NCBI GenBank assembly: GCA_943788895.1
Contig: CALSRZ010000004.1
Location: forward strand, 56,454 to 120,453
Source: an uncultured Pseudomonadales bacterium
GTDB lineage: Bacteria > Pseudomonadota > Gammaproteobacteria > Pseudomonadales > Porticoccaceae
Direction: 5' to 3'
Length of the DNA: 64,000 bases
In this document: in pieces, positions 19,655 to 29,732 of the stretch
Layout: each line of letters opens with the position of its first letter
How positions within the stretch are numbered: the stretch's first letter is position 1
The notes under the pieces: model-generated
The model's database searches: none
The model's input: only the letters and a program-made list of their open reading frames with translations
Told to the model about the DNA's origin: nothing
Program-made: the position numbers and the translations under genes

Positions 19655-22276
19655 CTACTGAGTTGTCACCTCAACAATCTGCTCTGCTGCAATCAACTTA
19701 CCTTGCTCAGCTGATTTCTGGAATGACTCAATCTGGTCAAAGTTCATATAGCGATAAACTTCTTCAGACATAGAATCAATCTTGCTGGCATATTCCATAT
19801 ACTCGGCAGGGGTTGGCAGTCGACCTAAAATACCACCGACCGAAGCAAGCTCGGCACTGGTCAGGTAAACATTGGCACCATCACCTAAACGGTTGGGGAA
19901 GTTACGGGTAGAAGTAGACAGCACAGTTGCGCCAGCTAGTACTCGTGCCTGGTTACCCATACACAGTGAACAGCCTGGCATTTCAGTGCGGGCACCGACT
20001 TTACCGTAAATGTTGTAGTAGCCTTCTTCCATCAGCGTATGGGCATCCATACGTGTCGGTGGGCAGATCCAGAATCTGGAATCTACTGAACCGGCTTCGT
20101 CGAGCAATTTACCTGCGGCGCGGAAGTGACCGATATTGGTCATACAGGAACCGATAAAGATTTCGTCAACCTTATCGCCAGCAACTTCAGAAAGCAGCTT
20201 GGCATCATCCGGATCATTCGGACAACAGACGATAGGCTCTTTAATATCGGCCAGATCAATTTCAATCACGGCAGCGTATTCGGCATCGGCATCGGCTGAC
20301 ATCAGTGTTGGATCAGCCACCCACTCTTCCATCTTGCGTACTCGACGCTCTAATGTGCGCACGTCGCCATAGCCTTCGGCAATCATCCAGCGCAGTAGAG
20401 TGATATTTGAATTCAGGTACTCGGCGACAGAATCTTCACCCAGTTTGATGGTACAGCCAGCTGCTGAACGCTCAGCAGAGGCATCTGACAATTCAAATGC
20501 CTGCTCAACGGTAAGGCCTTCAATACCTTCACCTTCAATTTCCAGGATACGACCACTGAAGAAGTTCTTTTTGCCTTTCTTCTCTACAGTCAGCAAACCT
20601 TCTTTAATACCGTAGTAGGGGATTGCATGAACCAGGTCACGCAGAGTAATACCGGGCTGCATTTTGCCTTTAAAGCGAACCAATACTGATTCAGGCATAT
20701 CCAATGGCATAACGCCGGTGGCTGCTGCGAAAGCAACCAGACCAGAACCGCCGGGGAATGAAATACCCATCGGGAATCTGGTGTGTGAATCGCCGCCAGT
20801 ACCTACAGTGTCTGGAAGCAGCATACGGTTTAGCCAGCTGTGAATAATGCCGTCGCCGGGGCGGAGAGATACGCCGCCGCGGTTCATAATAAAGTCGGGC
20901 AGGCTGTGCTGGGTGTCGATATCAACAGGCTTGGGGTAGGCCGCAGTGTGACAGAAAGACTGCATAACCAAATCGGTTGAGAAACCCAGGCAGGCGAGGT
21001 CTTTTAGCTCATCTCTGGTCATTGGGCCAGTGGTGTCCTGAGAGCCGACAGTGGTCATTTTCGGTTCGCAGTAAGTGCCGGGGCGAATACCTTCAACGCC
21101 ACAGGCTTTACCAACCATTTTCTGAGCCAAGGTGTAGCCTGCATCAGATTCAACGGGTGCAGTTGGCTGGCGGAATACCTCTGAAGGAGGCAGACCCATA
21201 TGCTCGCGAGCTCGTTGGGTGAGGCCGCGACCTACGATTAGGTTAATACGGCCATCGGCCTGAACTTCATCGAGGATAACTTCTGATTTGTGTTCAAATT
21301 CTGAAACGACTTCACCAGCTTCGTTAAGGATTTTGCCCTCGTAAGGGAAGATGGTAATGACATCGCCGTTATCAATATTGTCTACTGGGGCTTCAAAGAC
21401 TAGAGCGCCAGCATCTTCCATGGTGTTAAAGAAGATTGGAGCGACCTTGCTACCGAAGCAGATACCGCCAGAGCGCTTGTTAGGTACGCCGGGCATATCT
21501 TCACCGAAGAACCACAGCACTGAGTTGGTGGCTGACTTACGTGATGAGCCTGTACCTACGACATCGCCGATAAAGGCAACTGGCAGGCCGCGGGCTTTTA
21601 GCTCGTCGATCTGAGTCATTGGGCCGGTTACACCGTGCTCTTCTGGGTGCATACCATCGCGAGTCATCTTAAACATAGCGCGGGCATGCAGTGGGATATC
21701 GGGACGCGACCAGGCATCCTGAGCAGGGGAGAGGTCGTCTGTGTTGATTTCGCCAGTGGCTTTAAACACTGCAACCTTAATGCTCTGTGGCACAGCATCA
21801 TTGTTGGTAAACCATTCGGCATCGGCCCAGGATTGCATTACTGCTTTAGCGTTGGCATTGCCGCCATCAGCTTTTTCAGCGACATCGTGGAAGGCGTCAA
21901 ATACAAGTAGCGTGCTCTTTAATTCTTCAGCAGCCTGAGTAGCCAGTTCTGCATCATCGAGCAGGGCGACCAATGTTGCTACGTTATAGCCACCGTGCAT
22001 ATTGCCGAGTAATGTTACTGCAGCTGAGCGATCAATCAACGGAGAGGAGGCTTCGCCATTGACGATAGCGCTTAAAAAGCCGGCTTTAACATAGGCGGCT
22101 TCATCCACACCTGGAGGAACGCGATTGGCAATCAGGTCGAGGAGAAAGTCTTCTTCGCCAGCAGGAGGGTTCTTTAATAGTTCAACCAGGCCTGCGGTCC
22201 ACTCTGGATCAAGTGGTTTTGGTGGAATATTCTGTAATTGACGTTCAGCGACGTGAGCACGATAGGCTTCTAGCAC
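19655..22276 (-). CDS. acnB: Aconitate hydratase B
   Basis: MLEAYRAHVAER, PGVDEAAYVKAGFL, GTGSSRKSATNS, GSCMTNIGHFRA, PGCSLCMGNQARV. Confidence 0.98.
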   Translation of the reverse strand: MLEAYRAHVAERQLQNIPPKPLDPEWTAGLVELLKNPPAGEEDFLLDLIANRVPPGVDEAAYVKAGFLSAIVNGEASSPLIDRSAAVTLLGNMHGGYNVATLVALLDDAELATQAAEELKSTLLVFDAFHDVAEKADGGNANAKAVMQSWADAEWFTNNDAVPQSIKVAVFKATGEINTDDLSPAQDAWSRPDIPLHARAMFKMTRDGMHPEEHGVTGPMTQIDELKARGLPVAFIGDVVGTGSSRKSATNSVLWFFGEDMPGVPNKRSGGICFGSKVAPIFFNTMEDAGALVFEAPVDNIDNGDVITIFPYEGKILNEAGEVVSEFEHKSEVILDEVQADGRINLIVGRGLTQRAREHMGLPPSEVFRQPTAPVESDAGYTLAQKMVGKACGVEGIRPGTYCEPKMTTVGSQDTTGPMTRDELKDLACLGFSTDLVMQSFCHTAAYPKPVDIDTQHSLPDFIMNRGGVSLRPGDGIIHSWLNRMLLPDTVGTGGDSHTRFPMGISFPGGSGLVAFAAATGVMPLDMPESVLVRFKGKMQPGITLRDLVHAIPYYGIKEGLLTVEKKGKKNFFSGRILEIEGEGIEGLTVEQAFELSDASAERSAAGCTIKLGEDSVAEYLNSNITLLRWMIAEGYGDVRTLERRVRKMEEWVADPTLMSADADAEYAAVIEIDLADIKEPIVCCPNDPDDAKLLSEVAGDKVDEIFIGSCMTNIGHFRAAGKLLDEAGSVDSRFWICPPTRMDAHTLMEEGYYNIYGKVGARTEMPGCSLCMGNQARVLAGATVLSTSTRNFPNRLGDGANVYLTSAELASVGGILGRLPTPAEYMEYASKIDSMSEEVYRYMNFDQIESFQKSAEQGKLIAAEQIVEVTTQ

Positions 22277-22511
22277 AGCTGGCTTCTCCTGTGATTTTAA
22301 AAAGTAATTGTTTGCTTCAATTCCGGAAATCGGCCTTGAAAACGGAGCGCCATTGTACGCGAACTTGTAGTTTATTTACATGTCTCTGGTGTATAACCAC
22401 TATCAACTTAGGTGTTGTATTTATAATCCGGCAAAATTCTGTTCTGTAATCTGTTTATCCGGTAATCTTCCCCCCTTATTTTTAACCAGCTATTTTTTAG
22501 CGGTAGCCTCT

Positions 22512-23237
22512 ATGAACAGCCAGACAACAGTGAAGCTCGGCAAGCGTCTCAGTCAGTTAGAGAATATGCTTGAGCAGTCATATTCGATTATTTGGGATTG
22601 CTGTTGTGATCATGGACTGCTGGGTATGTCGCTGCTGCATAAAAAGCTGGCTGATAAGGTTGTTTTTGTCGATATTTTGGCCCATCAAATGGCTCTGCTA
22701 GAGCAGGATTTGCAGCGACGGTTTCCCGCAGATAAGCCTAACTGGCAGGTTATTTGTCAGGATGTCAAAGAGCTTAAAATACCGCAGGTTGAGTCCCAGC
22801 TGTTTGTTATTGCGGGGGTTGGCGGCGACAAGACGGTCGAGTTTATTGATAGTCTCTGTGAAGCTCTGCCCGGTATGCCTTTTGATCTGCTGATCTGTTC
22901 AGTTCAGGGAAATTATCCGGTGCGAGAGGCGCTGATTAGGCATGGGTTTTCCATGAAAGGTGAAGAGATTGTTTACGAAAACAAGCGTTTCTATGAAGCC
23001 ATCTATGTGACAAAAAAGCCTGGCCCAATAATTACTGCAACCGGGAGCAGCATGTGGGACTGGTTAAATCCGGATCATCAAAATTACTGGCAAAAAATTC
23101 TTGGTCACTACCGAAAAAAGGCGTTGGCGGACCCGCTAAGGTTTCGCTCGATTGTCGATGATTATGAAAGTTTATTGGCGTCAGCCAATATAACCGCTGA
23201 AGTTATGCCTATATTTAAGGAACCCAATCAGGGATAA
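22512..23237 (+). CDS. tRNA (adenine-22-N1)-methyltransferase TrmK-like SAM-dependent methyltransferase
   Basis: RLSQLE...IWDCCCDHGLLG...IAGVGG; start chosen at MNSQTT. Confidence 0.75.
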   Translation: MNSQTTVKLGKRLSQLENMLEQSYSIIWDCCCDHGLLGMSLLHKKLADKVVFVDILAHQMALLEQDLQRRFPADKPNWQVICQDVKELKIPQVESQLFVIAGVGGDKTVEFIDSLCEALPGMPFDLLICSVQGNYPVREALIRHGFSMKGEEIVYENKRFYEAIYVTKKPGPIITATGSSMWDWLNPDHQNYWQKILGHYRKKALADPLRFRSIVDDYESLLASANITAEVMPIFKEPNQG

Positions 23238-23265
23238 AATTTTCAGCGATATAGGCGGTCAGGAC

Positions 23266-23913
23266 ATGATAAAACTTTATGGATTAGATGCGAGTAACTA
23301 CTGCGCAATGGTTAAGGCGTTTCTTTTGGAAAAGGGTTTTGATTTTGAAGAGGTGCATATAGAGCCAACTTACAGCGAGCCCTTTCTTGAGTTGAGCCCA
23401 ATGGGTAAGGTTCCCTGTATTGAAGTAGATGAGGGCTATCTCAGCGAGACCACGGCGATTATGGGCTTTTTGGAGAGCTGTATTCCCGATCTGCCAATGA
23501 CCGATAAAGACAGTTTCCGCCGCGCGCAGATGGCGCAGCTTATTAAGATTGTCGAGTTGTATATTGCCATTGAGTATGTACGTTTGGTCGGCCATGTTTT
23601 TTTTGGTCGCGAGTTAAATCAGGCGGTTGCCGATGATGCCAGGCCGACCATGGTTAAGGGCTTGGCAGCAATGCAGCGGTTATGTCGTTTTTCTCCCTAT
23701 CTGCTCGGTGAAGAGGTTACTATGGCCGACTTTTTTACCTACTACGTATTAAAGGCTGCAGTACCGGTTGCCCAGAAGGTTTGGGGCTGGGATATTGTCG
23801 CTGAAGTCGATGGTTTGGCTGGCTGGTTGCAGTTGATGTCCGAACGGCCTCTGGTAAAGCAAGTAGATAATCAACACAATGCTGCGATTGCAGCGTTTTT
23901 GGAAGATTCTTAA
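23266..23913 (+). CDS. Glutathione S-transferase family protein
   Basis: SNYCAMVK, SPMGKVPCI, LSETTAIMGFLE, YLLGEEVTMAD. Confidence 0.9.
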   Translation: MIKLYGLDASNYCAMVKAFLLEKGFDFEEVHIEPTYSEPFLELSPMGKVPCIEVDEGYLSETTAIMGFLESCIPDLPMTDKDSFRRAQMAQLIKIVELYIAIEYVRLVGHVFFGRELNQAVADDARPTMVKGLAAMQRLCRFSPYLLGEEVTMADFFTYYVLKAAVPVAQKVWGWDIVAEVDGLAGWLQLMSERPLVKQVDNQHNAAIAAFLEDS

Positions 23914-24575
23914 TGACAGTAGTTTTAAAATCGACAATCTCTACCCAGGCATCTATGCCAGCATCTGTGGTTTCAGCTCTGGATGAAATCAATAAATTTC
24001 TTCCCTGTCCGACACCGGACCGCTGGGTTGAAAATGCTCTGGAAAATCAATCTCTAATGCTTATTGATCACGCTAACTGTGAGAAGAAGGCGGCGAGTAC
24101 AGCTCTGAGTTTGATTAATCGCTATACGGATAATTTTGATCTGCTAAATAAAATGTCGCGTCTGGCTCGTGAAGAGATGCGCCATTTTGAGCAAGTTATC
24201 GCGCTGATGAAGCGTCGCAATATTGCCTATGAGCATGTGTCCGCTTCACGCTATGCTGCCGGTTTGCGGGAGTTGGTGCGCACTAAAGACCCTCACAAGT
24301 TGGTGGATGTGCTAATTATCGGTGCGTTTATTGAGGCGCGCTCCTGTGAGCGTTTTGCCAAACTGGCACCTTATCTGGATGCCGAGCTGGAGGCTTTTTA
24401 CCAGTCGCTATTGAAATCCGAAGCACGCCATTATCAGGATTATCTCCGTCTCGCGAAAACTGTGGCTGGCGATATTTCTATTGAGGGGCGGATTGCTGAA
24501 ATTGCTCAGCGCGAACGTGAGTTGGTTGAACAGCCCGATAGCGAGTTTCGCTTTCACTCCGGCCCATTAGGTTAA
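23913..24575 (+). CDS. miaE: tRNA-(ms2io6A37) hydroxylase
   Basis: LIDHANCEKKAASTAL, LAREEMRHFEQV, IEARSCERFA, LLKSEARHY, FRFHSG. Confidence 0.95.
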   Translation: MTVVLKSTISTQASMPASVVSALDEINKFLPCPTPDRWVENALENQSLMLIDHANCEKKAASTALSLINRYTDNFDLLNKMSRLAREEMRHFEQVIALMKRRNIAYEHVSASRYAAGLRELVRTKDPHKLVDVLIIGAFIEARSCERFAKLAPYLDAELEAFYQSLLKSEARHYQDYLRLAKTVAGDISIEGRIAEIAQRERELVEQPDSEFRFHSGPLG

Positions 24576-24620
24576 TCGTAGTAGCTGTATTAAGCAGAGC
24601 AAAACTTTATCAAAGACAAT

Positions 24621-24648
24621 AAAAAAGGCAGCCTAGGCTGCCTTTTTT
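24621..24648. terminator. Bidirectional terminator between convergent miaE and gltA
   Basis: AAAAAAGGCAGCCTAGGCTGCCTTTTTT. Confidence 0.92.
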
Positions 24649-24667
24649 AATCTGCATGTTTTCAGAT

Positions 24668-25954
24668 TTATCTATCTTCAACCGCAGTGTAATCTCGCAC
24701 ATCTGCACCAGTGTATAACTGACGCGGACGACCGATACGGTAGGGGTGAGTGATCATCTCGTTCCAGTGTGAAATCCAGCCAACGGTACGACCTGTGGCG
24801 AAGATTACGGTAAACATCTCAACCGGAATGCCCAGAGCCTTAAGAATAATACCCGAGTAGAAATCGACATTGGGGTAGAGCTTCTTGCTGACAAAGTACT
24901 CATCTTCCAGGGCGATTTTCTCAAGCTTCTTGGCCAAGCGGAACAGTGGATCATTTTCCAGGCCAAGTACTTCAAGTACTTCGTCACAGCTCTGACGCAT
25001 AACTGTCGCTCTTGGATCGTGGTTTTTGTAGACACGGTGACCAAAGCCCATCAGGCGGAATGGATCGTTACGATCCTTAGCTTTGGCGATATAGGCTTCG
25101 ATATTATCTTCATGACCAATCTCATCGAGCATATCCAGTACTGCTTCGTTGGCGCCGCCGTGTGCGGGCCCCCAAAGTGCAGCAATACCAGCGGCGATAC
25201 AGGAGAATGGGTTGGCGCCAGTGGAACCGGCTAAGCGCACAGTAGATGTTGAGGCATTCTGCTCGTGATCGGCGTGCAACAGGAAGATACGGTCCATCGC
25301 CTTGGCGATAGCGGGCTCTACCTTGTAGGGTTCGCAGGGCGTACCAAACATCATATGCAGGAAGTTCTCTGAATAGGAGAGAGAGTTATCCGGGTAGATA
25401 AATGGCTGGCCGGTAAAGTGTTTGTGGCACATAGCTGCAATAGTAGGAATCTTTGCAATCAGGCGATGTGCAGAAATTTTGCGGTGTTCTTCGTTAGTGA
25501 TATCCAATGAGTCGTGATAGAACGATGACATTGCACCAACTACACCACACATCATTGCCATGGGGTGGGCGTCGTAACGGAAGCCGCTGATAAACAGCTC
25601 AACTGAGCGATTGACCATGGTGTGGTATTTAATATTGTTTTCAAACTCGGCTTTTTGCTCTGCGTTTGGCAGCGCGCCTTCAAGTAGCAGGTAACAGGTT
25701 TCCAGGTAATCAGATTTTTCAGCTAATTGTTCGATAGGGTAACCGCGGTGGAGCAGTACGCCCTTGTTACCGTCGATATAGGTAATGTCGGATTGGCAAG
25801 CAGCAGTTGCCGAAAAGCCAGGGTCATAGGTGAAAACATTGTGTGACCCGAGTGTGCCAATATCGATAACGTCTTGGCCTAATGTTCCTTCCAAAATAGG
25901 CAGCTCGATGGGAGCCTGTCCTTCAATTGAAAGGGTCGCTTTACGATTGCTCAT
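24668..25954 (-). CDS. gltA: Citrate synthase (type II)
   Basis: [53 protein letters not shown]. Confidence 0.98.
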   Translation of the reverse strand: MSNRKATLSIEGQAPIELPILEGTLGQDVIDIGTLGSHNVFTYDPGFSATAACQSDITYIDGNKGVLLHRGYPIEQLAEKSDYLETCYLLLEGALPNAEQKAEFENNIKYHTMVNRSVELFISGFRYDAHPMAMMCGVVGAMSSFYHDSLDITNEEHRKISAHRLIAKIPTIAAMCHKHFTGQPFIYPDNSLSYSENFLHMMFGTPCEPYKVEPAIAKAMDRIFLLHADHEQNASTSTVRLAGSTGANPFSCIAAGIAALWGPAHGGANEAVLDMLDEIGHEDNIEAYIAKAKDRNDPFRLMGFGHRVYKNHDPRATVMRQSCDEVLEVLGLENDPLFRLAKKLEKIALEDEYFVSKKLYPNVDFYSGIILKALGIPVEMFTVIFATGRTVGWISHWNEMITHPYRIGRPRQLYTGADVRDYTAVEDR

Positions 25955-26409
25955 GCAGGATCCTCTGGAATAACTTGATTTGTGTGCGGAGATTTCCGGC
26001 CTGCAACTATAGTTGTTCGCGGCAAATTGTCAACTAAATCCAGCTATCAAAGTGCTTTCGGGCCCTATAAATCAAAGGTTAAATGGCTTTAAGCCATATC
26101 CATTATTCACTGATCAAATAGTCATAAGTGGTCAGAGTAAGCTGCAATATAGGTAGGAATATCTCTGTTTTTGGCTCTTTGAAGAAGTTTCGCTGTGATA
26201 AGAGCTAAATGGCCCAAAATATGCGGGGATTTGTTTAATCTCAATTGAATTTGACCAGTCATGGAATTATACTGCTGCGCCATCAAGATGCTAGACGTTC
26301 TGCCGTTGGAATGTTTAGTCTAAGATAAGTTTAATTCTGTTTTTATTTTTGAAATCAATTTAAATTCATCTCCGTTTTTACGGATTACCACCTTAAGGTA
26401 TTACCCGCC

Positions 26410-26787
26410 GTGGACAATAAAAGACCTGTGAATCTGGATATTGGAACCATTAAGCTTCCAATTACATCCTATGTATCTATTTTGCACCGAGTATCCGGTG
26501 TGATTTTATTTTTTGCTGTCGCCATTTTTCTATGGATGCTTGACAGCAGTCTGGCTTCAGAAGAGAGCTTTAACCAGCTTGCAGAGAGCTTCAGCAATCC
26601 AGTCTGCCAGTTTATTATCTGGGCAAGCCTTGCGGCTCTGGCTTATCACGCCATCGCGGGTATTCGCCATCTGATTATGGATTTTGGCGTCGGTGAAGAC
26701 TCCTTCGAAAGTGGTCGCAATAGCGCACGGGCGGCAGTGGTTGTCGCCATTGTTGTTATCGCTCTTATTACATGGTGGATTATCTAA
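26410..26787 (+). CDS. sdhC: Succinate dehydrogenase cytochrome b556 subunit
   Basis: KRPVNLD, SILHRVSG, YHAIAGIRHLIMD. Confidence 0.96.
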   Translation: MDNKRPVNLDIGTIKLPITSYVSILHRVSGVILFFAVAIFLWMLDSSLASEESFNQLAESFSNPVCQFIIWASLAALAYHAIAGIRHLIMDFGVGEDSFESGRNSARAAVVVAIVVIALITWWII

Positions 26788-27155
26788 TGGTTACTACAGT
26801 CACTAGTCTCGGCCGCAGCGGCCTCTCCGATTGGATGATCCAGCGTATCAGCGCCTGGGTTATGACCGCTTACCTGGTGTTTATTATCGGCTACTTTTTT
26901 GCCAACCCAGATCTGGATTACGCACAGTGGGCAGAGCTAAACAGCTCGCTGCCAATGCGTATGTTCAGTCTGGTCACCATACTTTCGATTGCGGCTCATG
27001 CATGGATCGGTATCTGGTGTGTCCTCACTGACTATATAACCGTCAGGTTGATTGGGCCAAAGGCAACCGCCATCCGTATTATTTTTCAGCTGGGCATGAT
27101 TGCAGTGACCTCACTGTACGTGGTCTGGGCTATCGACATTCTCTGGGGAATCTAA
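26787..27155 (+). CDS. sdhD: Succinate dehydrogenase hydrophobic anchor subunit
   Basis: [36 protein letters not shown]; TAATG overlap with sdhC. Confidence 0.96.
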   Translation: MVTTVTSLGRSGLSDWMIQRISAWVMTAYLVFIIGYFFANPDLDYAQWAELNSSLPMRMFSLVTILSIAAHAWIGIWCVLTDYITVRLIGPKATAIRIIFQLGMIAVTSLYVVWAIDILWGI

Positions 27156-27159
27156 GTAC

Positions 27160-28932
27160 ATGGCTAACATTAGAACGATGAGTTTTGATGCCGTAATCGT
27201 CGGTGGTGGCGGTTCTGGTATGCGCGCTGCACTGCAGTTGGCGCAATCTGGTTACAAAACAGCAGTAATTACCAAAGTATTTCCAACTCGCTCACACACA
27301 GTATCAGCTCAGGGCGGTATTACCTGTGCAATTGCCAGTGACGATCCCAATGATCAGTGGCAGTGGCATATGTATGACACCATTAAAGGCTCTGACTATA
27401 TTGGTGATCAGGAAGCGATTGAATATATGTGTCAGACCGGCCCAGAGGCGATCTTTGAGCTGGAGCATATGGGTCTGCCATTCTCGCGCACTGAAAAGGG
27501 CCGTATCTACCAGCGTCCATTCGGTGGCCAGTCAAAAGATTTTGGCAAGGGCGGTCAGGCTGCTCGAACCTGTGCGGCGGCTGACCGAACTGGTCACGCG
27601 CTGTTGCACACCCTCTATCAGGGCAATTTGAAAAACGAAACCACATTCCTCAACGAATGGTTTGCGGTTGATATTGTTAAGAATGCAGATAACGCTGTAG
27701 TCGGTGTTATCGCCATCAATATCGAAACCGGTGAAACGGTTTATGTGAAATCCAAAGCCACTGTATTTGCCACCGGCGGAGCAGGGCGTATCTACGCCTC
27801 TACAACCAACGCACATATCTGTACCGGTGACGGTATCGGTATGAGCCTGCGTGCGGGCTTCCCGGTTCAGGATATCGAGATGTGGCAGTTCCACCCGACC
27901 GGTATTCACGGTGCCGGTACGCTGGTCACTGAAGGCTGTCGTGGTGAGGGTGGCTATCTGGTCAATAAAGATGGCGAGCGCTTTATGGAGCGTTATGCAC
28001 CCAATGCCAAAGATCTGGCTGGCCGCGATGTGGTTGCCCGCTCTATGGTTCTGGAAATTCTTGAAGGCCGCGGCTGTGGCCCGGATGGCGATCATGTTTA
28101 CCTCAAACTCGATCATCTTGGCGAAGAGACACTGAATGCCAAGCTGCCGGGTATTCTCGAACTGTCACGCACCTTTGCTCACGCCGATCCGGTTAAAGAG
28201 CCAATCCCAGTGGTTCCAACCTGTCACTATATGATGGGTGGTATTCCAACCAATGTTGATGGTCAGGCACTGACTATCGATAAAGACGGCAACGATCAGG
28301 TTATCGAAGGTTTTTATGCCTGCGGTGAAGCGGCCTGTGTTTCTGTTCACGGTGCTAACCGTCTCGGCGGCAACTCACTGCTTGATCTGGTGGTATTTGG
28401 TCGTGCATCGGGTATGTTTATCGAGAAGCAGCTGCGTGAAGGTATCAAGCTTAAGGATGCCAGCGAAGCGGATATCGAAGCGGCTATGGCTGGTTTAAAC
28501 CGCCTCAACGCGTCGAGTGACGGTGAGAAAGCCTCTGATCTGCGCGCGGAGCTGCAGACCATTATGCAGAACTACTTCGGTGTATTCCGCAGTGGCGAGT
28601 ATATGAAAGAGGGCATTAAGAAGCTCGCAGAACTGCGTCCACGAATCGAAAACGTTGCTCTGGATGATAAGAGTAATGCCTTTAACACCTCACGTATTGA
28701 AGCGCTTGAGCTGCAAAACCTGCTTGAAGTGGCTGAGGCGACAGCGATTACCGCTGAGGCGCGAACTGAGAGCCGCGGTGCTCACGCCCGTGATGACTTC
28801 AAAGAGCGCGACGATGAGAATTGGCTGTGTCACTCGGTATTCTTCCCAGCGGAGAAGCAGGTTGGCAAGCGCGGCGTAAACTTTACGCCGAAAACCCGTG
28901 AAGCTTTTGAACCTAAAATTCGTACCTATTAA
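27160..28932 (+). CDS. sdhA: Succinate dehydrogenase flavoprotein subunit
   Basis: [44 protein letters not shown]. Confidence 0.98.
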   Translation: MANIRTMSFDAVIVGGGGSGMRAALQLAQSGYKTAVITKVFPTRSHTVSAQGGITCAIASDDPNDQWQWHMYDTIKGSDYIGDQEAIEYMCQTGPEAIFELEHMGLPFSRTEKGRIYQRPFGGQSKDFGKGGQAARTCAAADRTGHALLHTLYQGNLKNETTFLNEWFAVDIVKNADNAVVGVIAINIETGETVYVKSKATVFATGGAGRIYASTTNAHICTGDGIGMSLRAGFPVQDIEMWQFHPTGIHGAGTLVTEGCRGEGGYLVNKDGERFMERYAPNAKDLAGRDVVARSMVLEILEGRGCGPDGDHVYLKLDHLGEETLNAKLPGILELSRTFAHADPVKEPIPVVPTCHYMMGGIPTNVDGQALTIDKDGNDQVIEGFYACGEAACVSVHGANRLGGNSLLDLVVFGRASGMFIEKQLREGIKLKDASEADIEAAMAGLNRLNASSDGEKASDLRAELQTIMQNYFGVFRSGEYMKEGIKKLAELRPRIENVALDDKSNAFNTSRIEALELQNLLEVAEATAITAEARTESRGAHARDDFKERDDENWLCHSVFFPAEKQVGKRGVNFTPKTREAFEPKIRTY

Positions 28933-28949
28933 TTGGGGCTGATTAGATT

Positions 28950-29654
28950 ATGTTGAATGTAAGTATTTATCGCTACAACCCTGAAGTTGATTCCGAGCCC
29001 TATATGCAGGACTTTGAGGTCGACACCCAGGGCAAAGATATTATGGTTCTCGATGTGTTGGAAAAGCTTAAAGCTGATGACCCAACGCTGGTTTTTCGTC
29101 GTTCATGCCGCGAGGGCGTGTGCGGTTCAGATGGAATGAATATCTCTGGTAAGAACGGTCTTGCCTGTGTCACACCGCTGTCTGAAGCCGTGGTTAAAAA
29201 CAAGCTGGTGATTCGTCCGCTGCCCGGTCTGCCGGTTATCCGCGACCTGGTTATCGATATGAGCCAGTTCTACGCCCAGTACGAAAAGATCCAGCCCTAT
29301 ATGATCAATAACTCACCGGCACCGGCAATCGAAAGACTGCAGTCACCGGAAGAGCGCGCCAAATTAGATGGCCTCTATGAATGTATTCTCTGTGCCTGCT
29401 GTTCAACAGCCTGCCCATCATTCTGGTGGAACCCGGATAAGTTTATCGGCCCATCCGGTCTCTTGCAGGCCTATCGCTTTTTGGCCGATAGCCGCGATAC
29501 AGCCACCGAAGAGCGTCTGGCCAATCTCGATGATCCGTTCAGTGTATTCCGCTGTCACGGCATCATGAACTGTGTTCAGGTTTGCCCTAAAGGCTTAAAT
29601 CCTACAAAAGCGATCGGTCATATCAGAAATATGCTGATAAATAGTGCTACTTAA
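28950..29654 (+). CDS. sdhB: Succinate dehydrogenase iron-sulfur subunit
   Basis: SCREGVCGSDG, CILCACCSTACP, CHGIMNCVQVCPKGLNP. Confidence 0.98.
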   Translation: MLNVSIYRYNPEVDSEPYMQDFEVDTQGKDIMVLDVLEKLKADDPTLVFRRSCREGVCGSDGMNISGKNGLACVTPLSEAVVKNKLVIRPLPGLPVIRDLVIDMSQFYAQYEKIQPYMINNSPAPAIERLQSPEERAKLDGLYECILCACCSTACPSFWWNPDKFIGPSGLLQAYRFLADSRDTATEERLANLDDPFSVFRCHGIMNCVQVCPKGLNPTKAIGHIRNMLINSAT

Positions 29655-29732
29655 GGATAGAATGCGCGGGCAGGCATAGTGCCCGCTAATTTAACGGTTT
29701 AATTGATTAATAAGATATGAGGAATACCACCA

